NCBI GenBank assembly: GCA_964597845.1
Contig: CAZQZR010000003.1
Span: 3,427-67,426 of the forward strand
Length of the DNA stretch: 64,000 bases
DNA from: an uncultured bacterium
GTDB taxonomy: Bacteria > Hydrothermota > Tepidihabitantia > Tepidihabitantales > Tepidihabitantaceae
Direction: 5' to 3'
In this document: positions 16,970 to 25,730 of the stretch, one piece after another
Layout of the letters: each line of letters begins with the position of its first letter
How positions within the stretch are numbered: position 1 is the first letter of the stretch
Translations under genes and position numbers: made by a program
Notes under the pieces: generated by a model
Database searches by the model: none
Told to the model about the DNA's origin: nothing
Seen by the model: only the letters and a program-made list of their open reading frames with translations

Positions 16970-18643
16970 TCAAGCGCCCTCGCCCTCGCTTCTCCTCGTT
17001 TTCCCGGCCAGCACGGTCGCCGCTGCGAGGTAGAGAAACGGCATCGCCGGCACTCGGAATCGACCGTCGGTGAACGGCAGGGCAGCTACCACGAAGTATA
17101 ACCCAATGACGAGTAGCATCAGCTTCTCTGCCCGCCACCGCCTGAATGCCAGTGAAACCAGCGCCAGTAGAAAGGCCCCGATTGCGGTCAGCAGTTCGAA
17201 CCCGGCCAGGAGCCATATCGCGAGCCTTACGCCAGTGGAACCATAGTCCCGGTTCAGCAGCACGCTCCCCTGGGTCCCCGGCACCTTGGCATGAAGCATC
17301 CTCAGCACGAGGTCGTCCGACTTGATACCGGCAATGACCTTTGGCACGCCACGCAGGCATATCCAGGCGTAGCGGAGCGGGTCGTGGAGGATGATACTTG
17401 TCGCCTTGCGCGTCATCAGGTCGGCGAGCTCCAACGGGTTGTCCGTGGCGAGTCTCGCGGTGAAGTCGTGCGCGAGTTCTATCCTCGCGCTGTCCTGCGA
17501 GACGTGCTGCTCACCGCCTAGCACCGAGGCCGCGTTGGCATAGAGCAGGTTGTACCCGCCGTTCGAGGTGAGGCTGAACCGGTGAAAGTGATAGTAGTTC
17601 CGCGCCGCCCAGATTCCGGGCAGCAGCGAGAACGCAACCAGCATCAAGACCAACCCGCGCCAGTTCCTCCTCGCAGCCAGCGCGATTCCGAACGGCACGA
17701 ACGCAAGCAGGGCAACCGGCCTCACGAGCACCGCGAACCCCAGCACCAGCCCGGCCGCAGCCACACTCAACGCCCGGCTCGGCGTCCCCGCTCTCCCTTT
17801 GCCATTTCCCCTTTCCCATTCGCGCCTCGGTATGCCCGTTCTCCCTTCGCCATTTCCCCTTTCCCCTTCGCGCTTGGCGTCCTTGGCGGTTTCCCTTCCG
17901 CTCCTCACTTCGCCATTTCCCCTTTCCCATTCCTTCTTGGCGTTCTTGGCGTCCTTGGCGGTTTCCCTTCCACTCCTCACTTTGCCATTTCCCCTTTCCC
18001 CTTCTCCCCTTGGCCATCCCCAGACCAGCGCCGCCGCTAATACTACCGTGAACGCAAACAGCACCTCGGACATGACCATGCCCGACGAGAAGATGCTCGG
18101 GATGTCAACCGCAAGCAGTGCTGCACCCAAGAGCCCGACCCGCGAGTTGAACAGCCGGAGTCCGACCAGACCGGTGAGGAACACTGTGAGCCCGGCCAGC
18201 AGCGCCTGCACAATGACAATCGCAGTCACGTTACCGTTAAGGAAAGCAAGCAGCAACGGGTAGCCCGGAGTCCGAAACGTATTCGGAATCCCCGTTCCCA
18301 CTTTGCCGTTTCCCCCTTCCCCTTTGCTCCTCAGATTGCCATTTCCCCTTGAGACTTCTCCCCTTGTGCTCAGCCCTTCGCCATTTCCCCTTTCCCCTTC
18401 GCTTCCGGGCTCCTCGCTCCAGCTATACGATTGCCGGTGCCTGATGCCCGCGCCGAGCAACAGATACTGCTCCGAATCACCCAGCTCTATCTCCCCTCGC
18501 TTCAAGTAGGTTGCTTCCGTCTCAGGCTTCACCGGGTCAGCCGCAACGTAGCTGTGCCCCTTGAACGACGCGGAAACCGCCAGCCTGATGACGACTGCCG
18601 CCACGGCGATGGCCAGTAGCGCTCGGAACTCGCTCTTAGACAC
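16970..18643 (-). CDS. membrane glycosyltransferase (GT39/ArnT-PMT-like) carrying low-complexity inserts
   Basis: 557 aa and polytopic. RTPGYPLLLAF... core typical of ArnT/PMT_2-type enzymes. Two inserts are rich in GERGNGK/ETAKDAK and are encoded by the intergenic word repeats. Confidence 0.7.
   Translation of the reverse strand: MSKSEFRALLAIAVAAVVIRLAVSASFKGHSYVAADPVKPETEATYLKRGEIELGDSEQYLLLGAGIRHRQSYSWSEEPGSEGERGNGEGLSTRGEVSRGNGNLRSKGEGGNGKVGTGIPNTFRTPGYPLLLAFLNGNVTAIVIVQALLAGLTVFLTGLVGLRLFNSRVGLLGAALLAVDIPSIFSSGMVMSEVLFAFTVVLAAALVWGWPRGEGERGNGKVRSGRETAKDAKNAKKEWERGNGEVRSGRETAKDAKREGERGNGEGRTGIPRREWERGNGKGRAGTPSRALSVAAAGLVLGFAVLVRPVALLAFVPFGIALAARRNWRGLVLMLVAFSLLPGIWAARNYYHFHRFSLTSNGGYNLLYANAASVLGGEQHVSQDSARIELAHDFTARLATDNPLELADLMTRKATSIILHDPLRYAWICLRGVPKVIAGIKSDDLVLRMLHAKVPGTQGSVLLNRDYGSTGVRLAIWLLAGFELLTAIGAFLLALVSLAFRRWRAEKLMLLVIGLYFVVAALPFTDGRFRVPAMPFLYLAAATVLAGKTRRSEGEGA
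17787..18012. repeat. word-repeat block (ccatttc/ccctttc and cttggcgtc families) translated inside the GT39 gene
   Basis: About 75-nt unit duplicated in tandem (cttcgccatttcccctttccc...cttggcgtccttggcggtttcccttcc.ctcctca). Encodes GERGNGKVRSGRETAKDAK... The same words occur intergenically at 12120, 33190, 37462 and 50681. Confidence 0.75.
18291..18402. repeat. second word-repeat block inside the GT39 gene
   Basis: ttgccgtttcccccttcccctttgc...ttgccatttcccctt...cgccatttcccctttcccc, encoding EGERGNGEGLSTRGEVSRGNGNLRSKGEGGNGK. Confidence 0.7.
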
Positions 18644-18966
18644 GCACTACTTGTAGCCTGCCCGCGCCGACTGTCAAGCTAAACCGCGCCGGTGCAAGAC
18701 CAGCGCGGGCGGAGTCCGGCAGCTTAACTCCGCCCGCAGTTCGCTTCCGGTCGCGGCTGTCAGCCGGTCTCGTCCCAGGGGTTTGCCGGTGCAAGCCTTT
18801 GCCATTTCCACTTTGGACTTGTGACTTGCGCCCTCGCCATGCATCCTGACCCGGAATACGTTCCGCATGATAAGGATTCTTATCAAGCGTGTTGTCTCAG
18901 TTCCTTGTGTAAGTCCTGAACTATGAATTCACTGTCCCCTACTGCCTGGAAGTGACACCCCCGTCG

Positions 18967-19302
18967 GGGGGAGGCTCTCCCCAAGCCTTTGGCAGGCTCT
19001 TTGGCAAAGCCTCTGCCAAGGCCTTGGGCAAGCCCTCCGGCAAAGCCTCTGCCAAGCTCTTTGGTCAGGCCTCTGGCAAGGTCTTTGCCCCGCTCTTCGG
19101 CAAGGTCTCTCGTAAGGCCTCTGCCGAGGTCTCTGGTAATGTCTTTCCTCAGCTCCTTGGCAGAGTCTCTGGCAAGGTCTCTCCCAAGCTCATTGGCAAG
19201 CTCTTCGACAAGGCCTCTGGCAAAGCCTCTCCCAAGGCCTTTGGCAAGTCCTTGGGCAATGGCTCTGCCAAGCTCTTTCCTCCGTTCTTTGGCAGTACCT
19301 TT
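18967..19302. repeat. 12-nt degenerate tandem array A (28 units, consensus GGCAAGGCCTCT)
   Basis: 28 consecutive 12-mers in perfect phase with no indel. Positions 3, 4, 9, 10 and 12 (..CA....CT.T) are conserved. Open in three reading frames. Confidence 0.85.
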
Positions 19303-19702
19303 GCCCGGTTCCGATACCCGCCCGGCCAGCCGGCCGTCGATCACCGGCGACATTCGATTTGACACCACCCTCATTCGGGGTAATCCTGACCGCCGATGCA
19401 CAGTGGATTCAGCCCAGCCTTGACAGAGGCTGGAAATATAGGAAGTGTGCCAAATCTGACCCGGGCTCCAGTTCACTTTCCAGCATGATTGCTCCTTTCA
19501 TTCGGTCTCAATAAGCAATCTGCACTTTGGCCCCGAAATAATGCACCTTCCTTCGTCCGGCGCGGGACATGAATGAATTGTCCTCAATTCGTATCGTGTC
19601 CCAAGCCGGATTACAGCGCTGTGTCTCGTTAAGTGCCGGAACCTCAGCAACCTACAATCCGCAATCGTCAATCTACAATGCGGAGGGGCCCCGACAGGGG
19701 GA

Positions 19703-19858
19703 GTGGTTCTGACCGTGACTCTAAGACCAAATCTAACCGAGACTCTGACCGAGACTCTATCGTAGGCTCTGTCCGGGACTCTGACCGAGACTCTGTCCTA
19801 GACTCTAAGATAGAATCTGTCCGAGACTCTGTCCTAGACTCTGAGATAGAATCTGTCA
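19703..19858. repeat. 12-nt degenerate tandem array B (13 units, consensus GAGACTCTGTCC)
   Basis: 13 consecutive 12-mers in perfect phase (gagactctgacc gagactctatcg taggctctgtcc ...). Units contain GAC-tct-GTC dyads. Confidence 0.8.
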
Positions 19859-20017
19859 TAACCTGTTTTCCTCCCGCCTCGCGACCTCCGAGATACGCAG
19901 CCGAGTACCCTCTATCGGGACCTTTGCCCAAACCGGCGAATGGCGCAATTGGGCAGCTTGACTCCGGCCGAAACCAGACCTATCCCAGTGCCTGTGGATG
20001 TCGGATTCAGCCCGGCC

Positions 20018-20046
20018 TTGACGGGCACATAATTGAATACTATATC
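20018..20046 (+). promoter_or_regulatory. sigma70-like promoter followed by the CCCCGAAAT motif
   Basis: TTGACG-N17-TATATC, immediately followed by cccgaaattactcccc. Confidence 0.4.
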
Positions 20047-20084
20047 CCCGAAATTACTCCCCGGAATTACTCGGAATTACCTCG

Positions 20085-20112
20085 TTGACATCCACACTCG
20101 CCGTGCTATCAT
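20085..20112 (+). promoter_or_regulatory. sigma70-like promoter upstream of 20193
   Basis: TTGACA-N16-TATCAT about 80 nt upstream of the start. AGGAGG RBS at 20181-20186. Confidence 0.45.
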
Positions 20113-20192
20113 CACCACGATGCAGACCGAATCTGCAGCCTTGACGGAAGCGCGATGGGCAATGTGTCTCCGAATCCCACAGGAGGTGTGAT

Positions 20193-22319
20193 TTGACGAC
20201 GTCTCAACGTCCCCTCGGATCGGCTGCCGTGTTGGCGCTAGCCATGTTCCTAGTCTTGACGGGTCCTAGCTGTAAGAAGAATCATCCACCGCAAAAGCCG
20301 ACGATTGCCGGGCCGACAAGTGGTCGGCCTGGAGATACGCTGGCCTTCACGGTTGAAACGATAGACCCGGATGATGACATCGTATCTTACCTGTTCTCCT
20401 GGGGTGATACCGCGAGCGCCGAATGGACATCGGGGTACCCTAGCGGGCAAAACGTCACGCGGTCAAAGGTCTACATGGACTCCGGCGATTACGTGCTCAA
20501 GGTCAAAGCGCGTGACGTCCACGAACTGGAATCAGACTGGTCTGAGCCGTTTCAGGTCCTCGTCACTGAAGTGATGTCCCCTCCGTCGTTCGTAGGCGGA
20601 CCGGATACGGCTTGGGCTGGGCAGGCAAGCACGTACCGACTGGCTATTGCTCTGGCCCCGGGCTACGTCCGCTACGTGGTCGACTGGGCCGACGGCACCG
20701 TCGACACGACCGCCGCGGCATTCGCGCCGGCCGATACGACAGCCGTCGTCCACGTCTGGAACGCGGGCGGCGCGTTTGACATCAAAGCCAAGGCCTTTCT
20801 CGCGGATCAGCCGGGCGAAGGTTCGGACTGGTCGCCGCCCAAGTCGGTGGCAGTCATCGTCAACAGTCCGCCGGTGGTGGACTCCGTGCAGGCTCCGCCG
20901 GCCGCAGTCAAGAACGTCGAGGCGTTCTTCACTATTTGGGGCAGCGACCCGGACGGCGACAGCCTTCGGGTACTGGTAAACTGGGGCAGCAGCACGACGG
21001 ACACCGGCTACTTCCTGAACCCGTGCAACATCGAAGTCGGCCACGTCTTCACCCAGACAGAGACCGCCATGGTGATTGTCGAGACCCAAGACTGGAAGGG
21101 CACGAAATCTGCGCCGGACACGGTCTATGTGCCGGTCGTCACTGCCGGTGAGGTCGTCTGGTACTGGTGGAGCAACGACCCCGAGAACCATGAAAAACCG
21201 CTGACGACTTCCGTCATCGTGGCCAATGACGGCACGGACGAGGTCGTGCTCGGCAGTTGCGAAGGTGACTACCACTTCTACTCCATCCGCGCCAGCAACG
21301 GCCACAGCAAGAAGAGCGTGACCACCAAGGAGAACGAAGCCTCATTCACCGGCCACCCGGGCCTCGCGAACGGGCACATCATCGTCGGCAGCGACGAAGG
21401 CGAGCTCTACGCCTTGTCGCTGGTCAACAGCCTGCACGTAGACTGGCAGTTCCCGGACAGCGCAGCGGAGCGTGGGACGTACATCGAGTGGGGTGCACCG
21501 GCGTTCAACGGCTACAGCTTCTACATCGGCCATGACGACGACAGCATTTTCAAGTTCACGGACAACGGCGTCGCGGGCACCCGGGTTGCCGGGTACGGCC
21601 TCCGCGCCTCGGTGGTTGACGCGCCGATAGTCGACGCGACGGGCAACGTCATCTTCGGCACGGACTCGGCCTACTTGTACAAGATGGAGGGCAACCTGAG
21701 CTCGGTAATCTGGCGCGTCCGGTTGCTGGGCTTCGGCGAGGTCTACGGACCGATACTCGGCAGCGACGGCACGATTTACTGCGCCTCGGATTCCTCCCGT
21801 CTGTACGCGATTGACCCAACGGACGGCAGCGTGAAAACAGGCTGGCCGGTGACCCTGAATGGCGACGTGTCCCGGCCGGCCCTTGGCCAGTCGGCGCTCT
21901 TCGTCGCCAGCGGCTTCGGCAAGGCCTATTCCATCAATCCTGCGACCGGCACCATCAACTGGGAAAGAGCGCTCACCGAGACCGACGGGTTCTATACCAC
22001 CCCCGTCGTTGCGGCCAACGGCTACGTCTATTTCCAGAGCGACGCCGACCAGCTCTACTGCGTGAATCAGGCCGACGGCACGGTCATCTGGACCTGCAAC
22101 TGCCCGAACTACCTGCCCCGCACCGGTGGCGGCCGCCCGCACCGGCCGCGAAAGACGCAGTTGGTCTGGTACAGCCCGAACCCGTCCATCACGTCCACCG
22201 GTGACATCATCGTTGTCGGCGCGGACGCCTGCTACTGCGTAGACGGCCATGCAGGCCCGCTCGACCCGGCTGCTGCCTGGCCCAAGTGGCAGAAGAATCT
22301 CTACAACTCCGGCAAGTAG
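20193..22319 (+). CDS. lipoprotein with PKD-like repeats and a PQQ/BamB-like beta-propeller
   Basis: 708 aa with TTG start after AGGAGG. Lipobox-like LTGPSC. Three ..Y.F.WGD....W......V..V....G.Y....KA.D......S.WS... modules, then repeated G.vy......G..lYA.d...G propeller blades. Confidence 0.7.
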   Translation: MTTSQRPLGSAAVLALAMFLVLTGPSCKKNHPPQKPTIAGPTSGRPGDTLAFTVETIDPDDDIVSYLFSWGDTASAEWTSGYPSGQNVTRSKVYMDSGDYVLKVKARDVHELESDWSEPFQVLVTEVMSPPSFVGGPDTAWAGQASTYRLAIALAPGYVRYVVDWADGTVDTTAAAFAPADTTAVVHVWNAGGAFDIKAKAFLADQPGEGSDWSPPKSVAVIVNSPPVVDSVQAPPAAVKNVEAFFTIWGSDPDGDSLRVLVNWGSSTTDTGYFLNPCNIEVGHVFTQTETAMVIVETQDWKGTKSAPDTVYVPVVTAGEVVWYWWSNDPENHEKPLTTSVIVANDGTDEVVLGSCEGDYHFYSIRASNGHSKKSVTTKENEASFTGHPGLANGHIIVGSDEGELYALSLVNSLHVDWQFPDSAAERGTYIEWGAPAFNGYSFYIGHDDDSIFKFTDNGVAGTRVAGYGLRASVVDAPIVDATGNVIFGTDSAYLYKMEGNLSSVIWRVRLLGFGEVYGPILGSDGTIYCASDSSRLYAIDPTDGSVKTGWPVTLNGDVSRPALGQSALFVASGFGKAYSINPATGTINWERALTETDGFYTTPVVAANGYVYFQSDADQLYCVNQADGTVIWTCNCPNYLPRTGGGRPHRPRKTQLVWYSPNPSITSTGDIIVVGADACYCVDGHAGPLDPAAAWPKWQKNLYNSGK

Positions 22320-22337
22320 CAGAGCACTTCTGGACCG

Positions 22338-22365
22338 CTGCGGGCCCTCTTTCGAGGGCCCGCAG
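22338..22365 (+). terminator. perfect 12-bp hairpin after 20193..22319
   Basis: CTGCGGGCCCTC-tttc-GAGGGCCCGCAG, 19 nt after the stop codon. Confidence 0.55.
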
Positions 22366-22495
22366 GCGTATGTGAGCAGACCACTTACGAGCTAGGGAAA
22401 TGAGGAACAGTCACTGCTTGGACTGCCGGGGACGGCAACCGTTTTCGCTTCACCCGAATCCCGCGTCCGCTGAGACGAACTCCTGAGCCGCCGCC

Positions 22496-22523
22496 TTGAC
22501 TACCGCGCCCGATTCTGCATAAT
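22496..22523 (+). promoter_or_regulatory. sigma70-like promoter for a leaderless small ORF
   Basis: TTGACT-N16-CATAAT, with 6 nt between the -10 hexamer and the ATG at 22530. Confidence 0.45.
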
Positions 22524-22529
22524 GGCCTC

Positions 22530-22691
22530 ATGCCAAAGACCAACCGCTGGCATCCAGTCATGCTGCCGGACGACTACCTGCGGAAGATGAAGCAGGACCT
22601 CAGCGAGGTCAAGGCTCAGGTCGAGGCTGAGACCCGTCATAAACCCGTTCTGGACGACCCCCCGCCGCCCGACGACGACCCGCCGCCTTGA
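22530..22691 (+). CDS. small hypothetical protein (53 aa), not in the ORF track
   Basis: MPKTNRWHPVMLPDDYLRKMKQDLSEVKAQVEAETRHKPVLDDPPPPDDDPPP. Promoter directly abuts the ATG and third positions are G/C-rich. Confidence 0.4.
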   Translation: MPKTNRWHPVMLPDDYLRKMKQDLSEVKAQVEAETRHKPVLDDPPPPDDDPPP

Positions 22692-22715
22692 CATCAAGGC
22701 CGGCAGAAGTAGTAT
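22688..22715 (+). promoter_or_regulatory. sigma70-like promoter overlapping the small ORF stop codon
   Basis: TTGACA-N16-TAGTAT. It shares the upstream ccgccgccTTGAC context with the promoter at 22496. Confidence 0.4.
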
Positions 22716-22874
22716 TCGCCTGATGGTGGAACCCGAATCCCGTCCGGCCTTGGCGGACATGGAGTTAAGTAATGTGTCCCCGAAATCCCCTCACGAAAGT
22801 AGCATACGTCTGATGGCAAGCTCTGAACCGCGCCGGCGGAACGAAGTCCGGCCTGACTGGGTGAGATAATCACG

Positions 22875-23594
22875 GTGTCACCGGAATCACCGACCGACCT
22901 AACGCACGTCCGGGCCGTTCTGTTCGACCTGTTCCACACTTTGGTTTCGCTTGAGGTGTCGCAGCCGCCCGGCCCCAGCGTGTCGGCGATACTCGACGTT
23001 GACCGGGATACGTGGTGGCGAGCTTGGACCGACAATTCAGATGACTATGTGCTGGGTCGGACCGTGTTGGAAGGTACGCTCCCGGCCCGGGCCCGCGTCG
23101 CCAACCCGGCCGTCACCGATGAACAAGTCCGGCAGGCCCTGCTGGCCCGGCCCGCCCGGTTCCGCCACGCCATCACCCACGTCGAGCCGGAGACCATCGC
23201 CGGCCTGGCTCAACTTCGGACGATGAACCGGCGGCTCGGATTGGTCAGTAACTGCGGCAGGGACGAAATCGCGGCCTGGCCCGACTCACCGCTCGCCCCC
23301 TGCTTTGATACTGCTGTCTTTTCCTGTGACGTCGGCCTCGCCAAGCCCGACCCGGCCATCTACCGCCTTGCCGCGACGCGCCTCGGGGTCGAGCCGGCCG
23401 AGTGCCTCTTCGTCGGTGACGGAGGCAGCGACGAACTCGTCGGTGCCCGCGCCGCAGGCATGACCCCGGTGCTCCTTACCCGCCACCTTGAGGTGATGGG
23501 CCCGCAACGGATCGCTCCCGCCGCCAAGCAGGCCGCGTTCCGCGTTCGCACCGTGCTTGACCTCTGTGCGCTGCTGGAGCTCCCCGGCCGCTAG
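22875..23594 (+). CDS. HAD-superfamily hydrolase
   Basis: Motif I VLFDLFHTLVS, motif II VSNCG, motif IV FVGDGGSDEL. GTG start. Confidence 0.8.
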   Translation: MSPESPTDLTHVRAVLFDLFHTLVSLEVSQPPGPSVSAILDVDRDTWWRAWTDNSDDYVLGRTVLEGTLPARARVANPAVTDEQVRQALLARPARFRHAITHVEPETIAGLAQLRTMNRRLGLVSNCGRDEIAAWPDSPLAPCFDTAVFSCDVGLAKPDPAIYRLAATRLGVEPAECLFVGDGGSDELVGARAAGMTPVLLTRHLEVMGPQRIAPAAKQAAFRVRTVLDLCALLELPGR

Positions 23595-23633
23595 CCAGGG
23601 AAATCGCCGACACCTTACAGCGCCGCTGACCGG

Positions 23634-24263
23634 TCAGTGCGGCGCGCAGGCGGCGATGTCCTGCGGGTTAAGCACGATGCTCGCGACCGAAGCCTCGACC
23701 CGGCGTCGCGCTTCAGGCGAACGGTTGCCCGGACGCAGGTAGCCGAGGTCGGCCGGTTCGAGTTCGATAGTGAACCGGACGCGCGAGTGAAGCACCAGCG
23801 ACTTGTTCGCCCCGTTGTACTGCACCGGCGCAATGAAGACGCTCGCAATGTTGTACCCGAACATCAAGCCTTGATGACCGGTCGTCGCGACTTCCGCCGG
23901 GTAAACGGAACCGTAGTACCTGGAGTCCGCCGGTAAGAACGCGAACGGACCGGGGTCGGAGAGTGGCCGCGGCGGTTGGACCGGATAGACGTCGAACGTG
24001 CCGGGAACAGTCTCGGCTTCCACGACGTCAAGCCGAACGCCTACGACCTTCATGTCCTGAGGCACCACGAGCTGCGCAACCGCAATCGGCACTGCCGGCG
24101 CGCCAATCTCCCACGCGCTCACGCACCGGCCAAGCGAAACGGTCGTCATCCCGTCCATCTCCTTAAGCGTCAGTTGGCCGCGGTCGAACACCAGCTCGCC
24201 GCTCACCGTCGCCGCAGCGGCGAGTGCGACCACGCCGAGGATTGTTCCGAATGCTCTGAACAT
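23634..24263 (-). CDS. free-standing gingipain (C25) propeptide-like domain protein
   Basis: 209 aa with signal peptide. The remainder is collinear with the N-terminal propeptide region of the C25 enzyme at 1958..3967 (..PAVP....L.VP......V...........G.....P.Q.P........Y.....YP......G.........V...P.QYN). No catalytic domain and no sorting domain. Confidence 0.6.
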   Translation of the reverse strand: MFRAFGTILGVVALAAAATVSGELVFDRGQLTLKEMDGMTTVSLGRCVSAWEIGAPAVPIAVAQLVVPQDMKVVGVRLDVVEAETVPGTFDVYPVQPPRPLSDPGPFAFLPADSRYYGSVYPAEVATTGHQGLMFGYNIASVFIAPVQYNGANKSLVLHSRVRFTIELEPADLGYLRPGNRSPEARRRVEASVASIVLNPQDIAACAPH

Positions 24264-24266
24264 GTT

Positions 24267-25721
24267 CTAGTCCTTTCCAGTCTTGATAATCTTCTGGCTA
24301 CGGCCGCTGGTCGGCCCCGGCATGACGTAATAGACGCCAGGCGCGAGCCGACTCACGTCATTGGCACCGGGCGCGAGGTCCAGCACCTTGCGGCCGGCGA
24401 CGTCCAGCAGGGCGGTTTTGGGGACAGTCCCCGTGCGGGGACAGTCCCCGCCAAGGAACAGCACGCCGCGGACGAGGGTCGGGCCGAGCTTGTGGCCTGA
24501 GGCTTGTGGCTTGAAGCTCTCCCCCACCCCGGCCCCGGCCGGTATCCAGACCGGCATCGCCGCTTCGCCAAGCAGGTTCCATTCAAAGAGACACCAACGG
24601 TACGTGGAACTGGTCTCGGCCAGGGGCACGGCATCGGCCCAGGCGTGGACGATGGCTTCGAGGCTGCCCTGGAGCGGGTCGGCGAACAGGCCGCGGACAA
24701 AGCCCTCGACCATCACGAATGACCCGCCCCGCTGGGGATTCTGTCCTGGACCGCCCAGGCCGTAGCGCGAGTTGCTCGCCACGGCCACGCCGCCGCCGTT
24801 CGGGTTCTGCATGAAATACTCGGAAGCGCAGTCCGCGGTGTCGAACTCTCCGGTTGAGCAGCCGACCGTCGTCATGATCGTGTACTTGCCCTGATTGGTA
24901 AACTGCGCCAGTTCCTCGCGGTACATGACGTAACCGTGGTTCATGTAGCCCATGCCCATGCCGAAGTAGTTGCAGTGGTCGGCATGAATCCAGATGTGCT
25001 GGCCCTGGTTAACGAGGTTCCTGACCGCGGTCTCATGGTTGCCGGTGTAGCTGTCGTAGACTCTGGCGCACGGTTTCATGCCGGAGGAGACATAGGCCGA
25101 GTCGTAGAGCTCCATCGTCGTCTCGCAGTAGACCCCGTCGAAGATGTCGAAACCGGAGAGCAGCACGTTGCGCAGGTACGGAGCGTCGGGGTCGGCGGTG
25201 TAGGCAAGGAACTTGCTGACGAACAGGTCCGCACCGGCGGTCGTGGTCGCGGGCACGCGGCCGACGAAGACGTCCGGGTACATGTCGCAGGAGTCCTCGG
25301 GTTCGCCGAACAGCCCGTTCCCGTTGGCATCCCATGTGCCGTCAAGGTCGGAGTAGTAGAGGTCGGCCGGGATGGAATCGAGCAGTATCGGATTGTAGCC
25401 GGTAGCATCGACCCAGGCGCGACGGCAGGGCACGATTTCCACGTCGCCGCCCAGCAGCACGTGGGTCGTGCCCCAGTTGGAGTATGCATACCTGATGAAG
25501 TTGCGAATCTTCTCCGGGTTGTCCCGACCGGAGTAGGAGGCGTATATCGCTGCGGTCGTCACGACCGTGTCGTTCAACCCCAGGGTGCCCGCAACGTAGC
25601 CGCAGAGCGTCGTGAAGTGCGACACGAAGGAATCGCACGTTATCACGACGTGCGGATACTCCTGGCCCGCGGCCGGCATCGCCGCGAGCATCAGCACGAA
25701 GAGCAGAGTCACTCGCTTCAA
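24267..25721 (-). CDS. gingipain-like cysteine peptidase (C25) lacking a propeptide, with T9SS-type sorting domain
   Basis: 484 aa. The signal peptide leads directly into the catalytic domain (VLLGGDVEIVPCRR, LYYSDLDGTWDANGNG, HADHCNYFGMG, TTVGCSTGEF). The sorting domain contains the 30-nt palindromic element. Confidence 0.8.
   Translation of the reverse strand: MKRVTLLFVLMLAAMPAAGQEYPHVVITCDSFVSHFTTLCGYVAGTLGLNDTVVTTAAIYASYSGRDNPEKIRNFIRYAYSNWGTTHVLLGGDVEIVPCRRAWVDATGYNPILLDSIPADLYYSDLDGTWDANGNGLFGEPEDSCDMYPDVFVGRVPATTTAGADLFVSKFLAYTADPDAPYLRNVLLSGFDIFDGVYCETTMELYDSAYVSSGMKPCARVYDSYTGNHETAVRNLVNQGQHIWIHADHCNYFGMGMGYMNHGYVMYREELAQFTNQGKYTIMTTVGCSTGEFDTADCASEYFMQNPNGGGVAVASNSRYGLGGPGQNPQRGGSFVMVEGFVRGLFADPLQGSLEAIVHAWADAVPLAETSSTYRWCLFEWNLLGEAAMPVWIPAGAGVGESFKPQASGHKLGPTLVRGVLFLGGDCPRTGTVPKTALLDVAGRKVLDLAPGANDVSRLAPGVYYVMPGPTSGRSQKIIKTGKD
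24420..24449 (-). repeat. double-palindrome element, in-frame in a C25 peptidase sorting domain
   Basis: GGGGACAGTCCCC-GTGC-GGGGACAGTCCCC, translated (minus strand) as GDCPRTGTVP(K). Confidence 0.9.
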
Positions 25722-25730
25722 CCTATCCTC

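Noticed and set aside
18883-20088. ORFs across arrays A and B (18883..19476-, 18952..19362+, 18989..19423+, 19633..20088+, 19668..19931-).
   Set aside because: They are open only because the 12-nt units lack stops, and several frames are open at once. Substitutions do not concentrate at wobble positions of any frame. No RBS or signal features are present. I treat them as repeat DNA, although a tetrapeptide-repeat product cannot be formally excluded.
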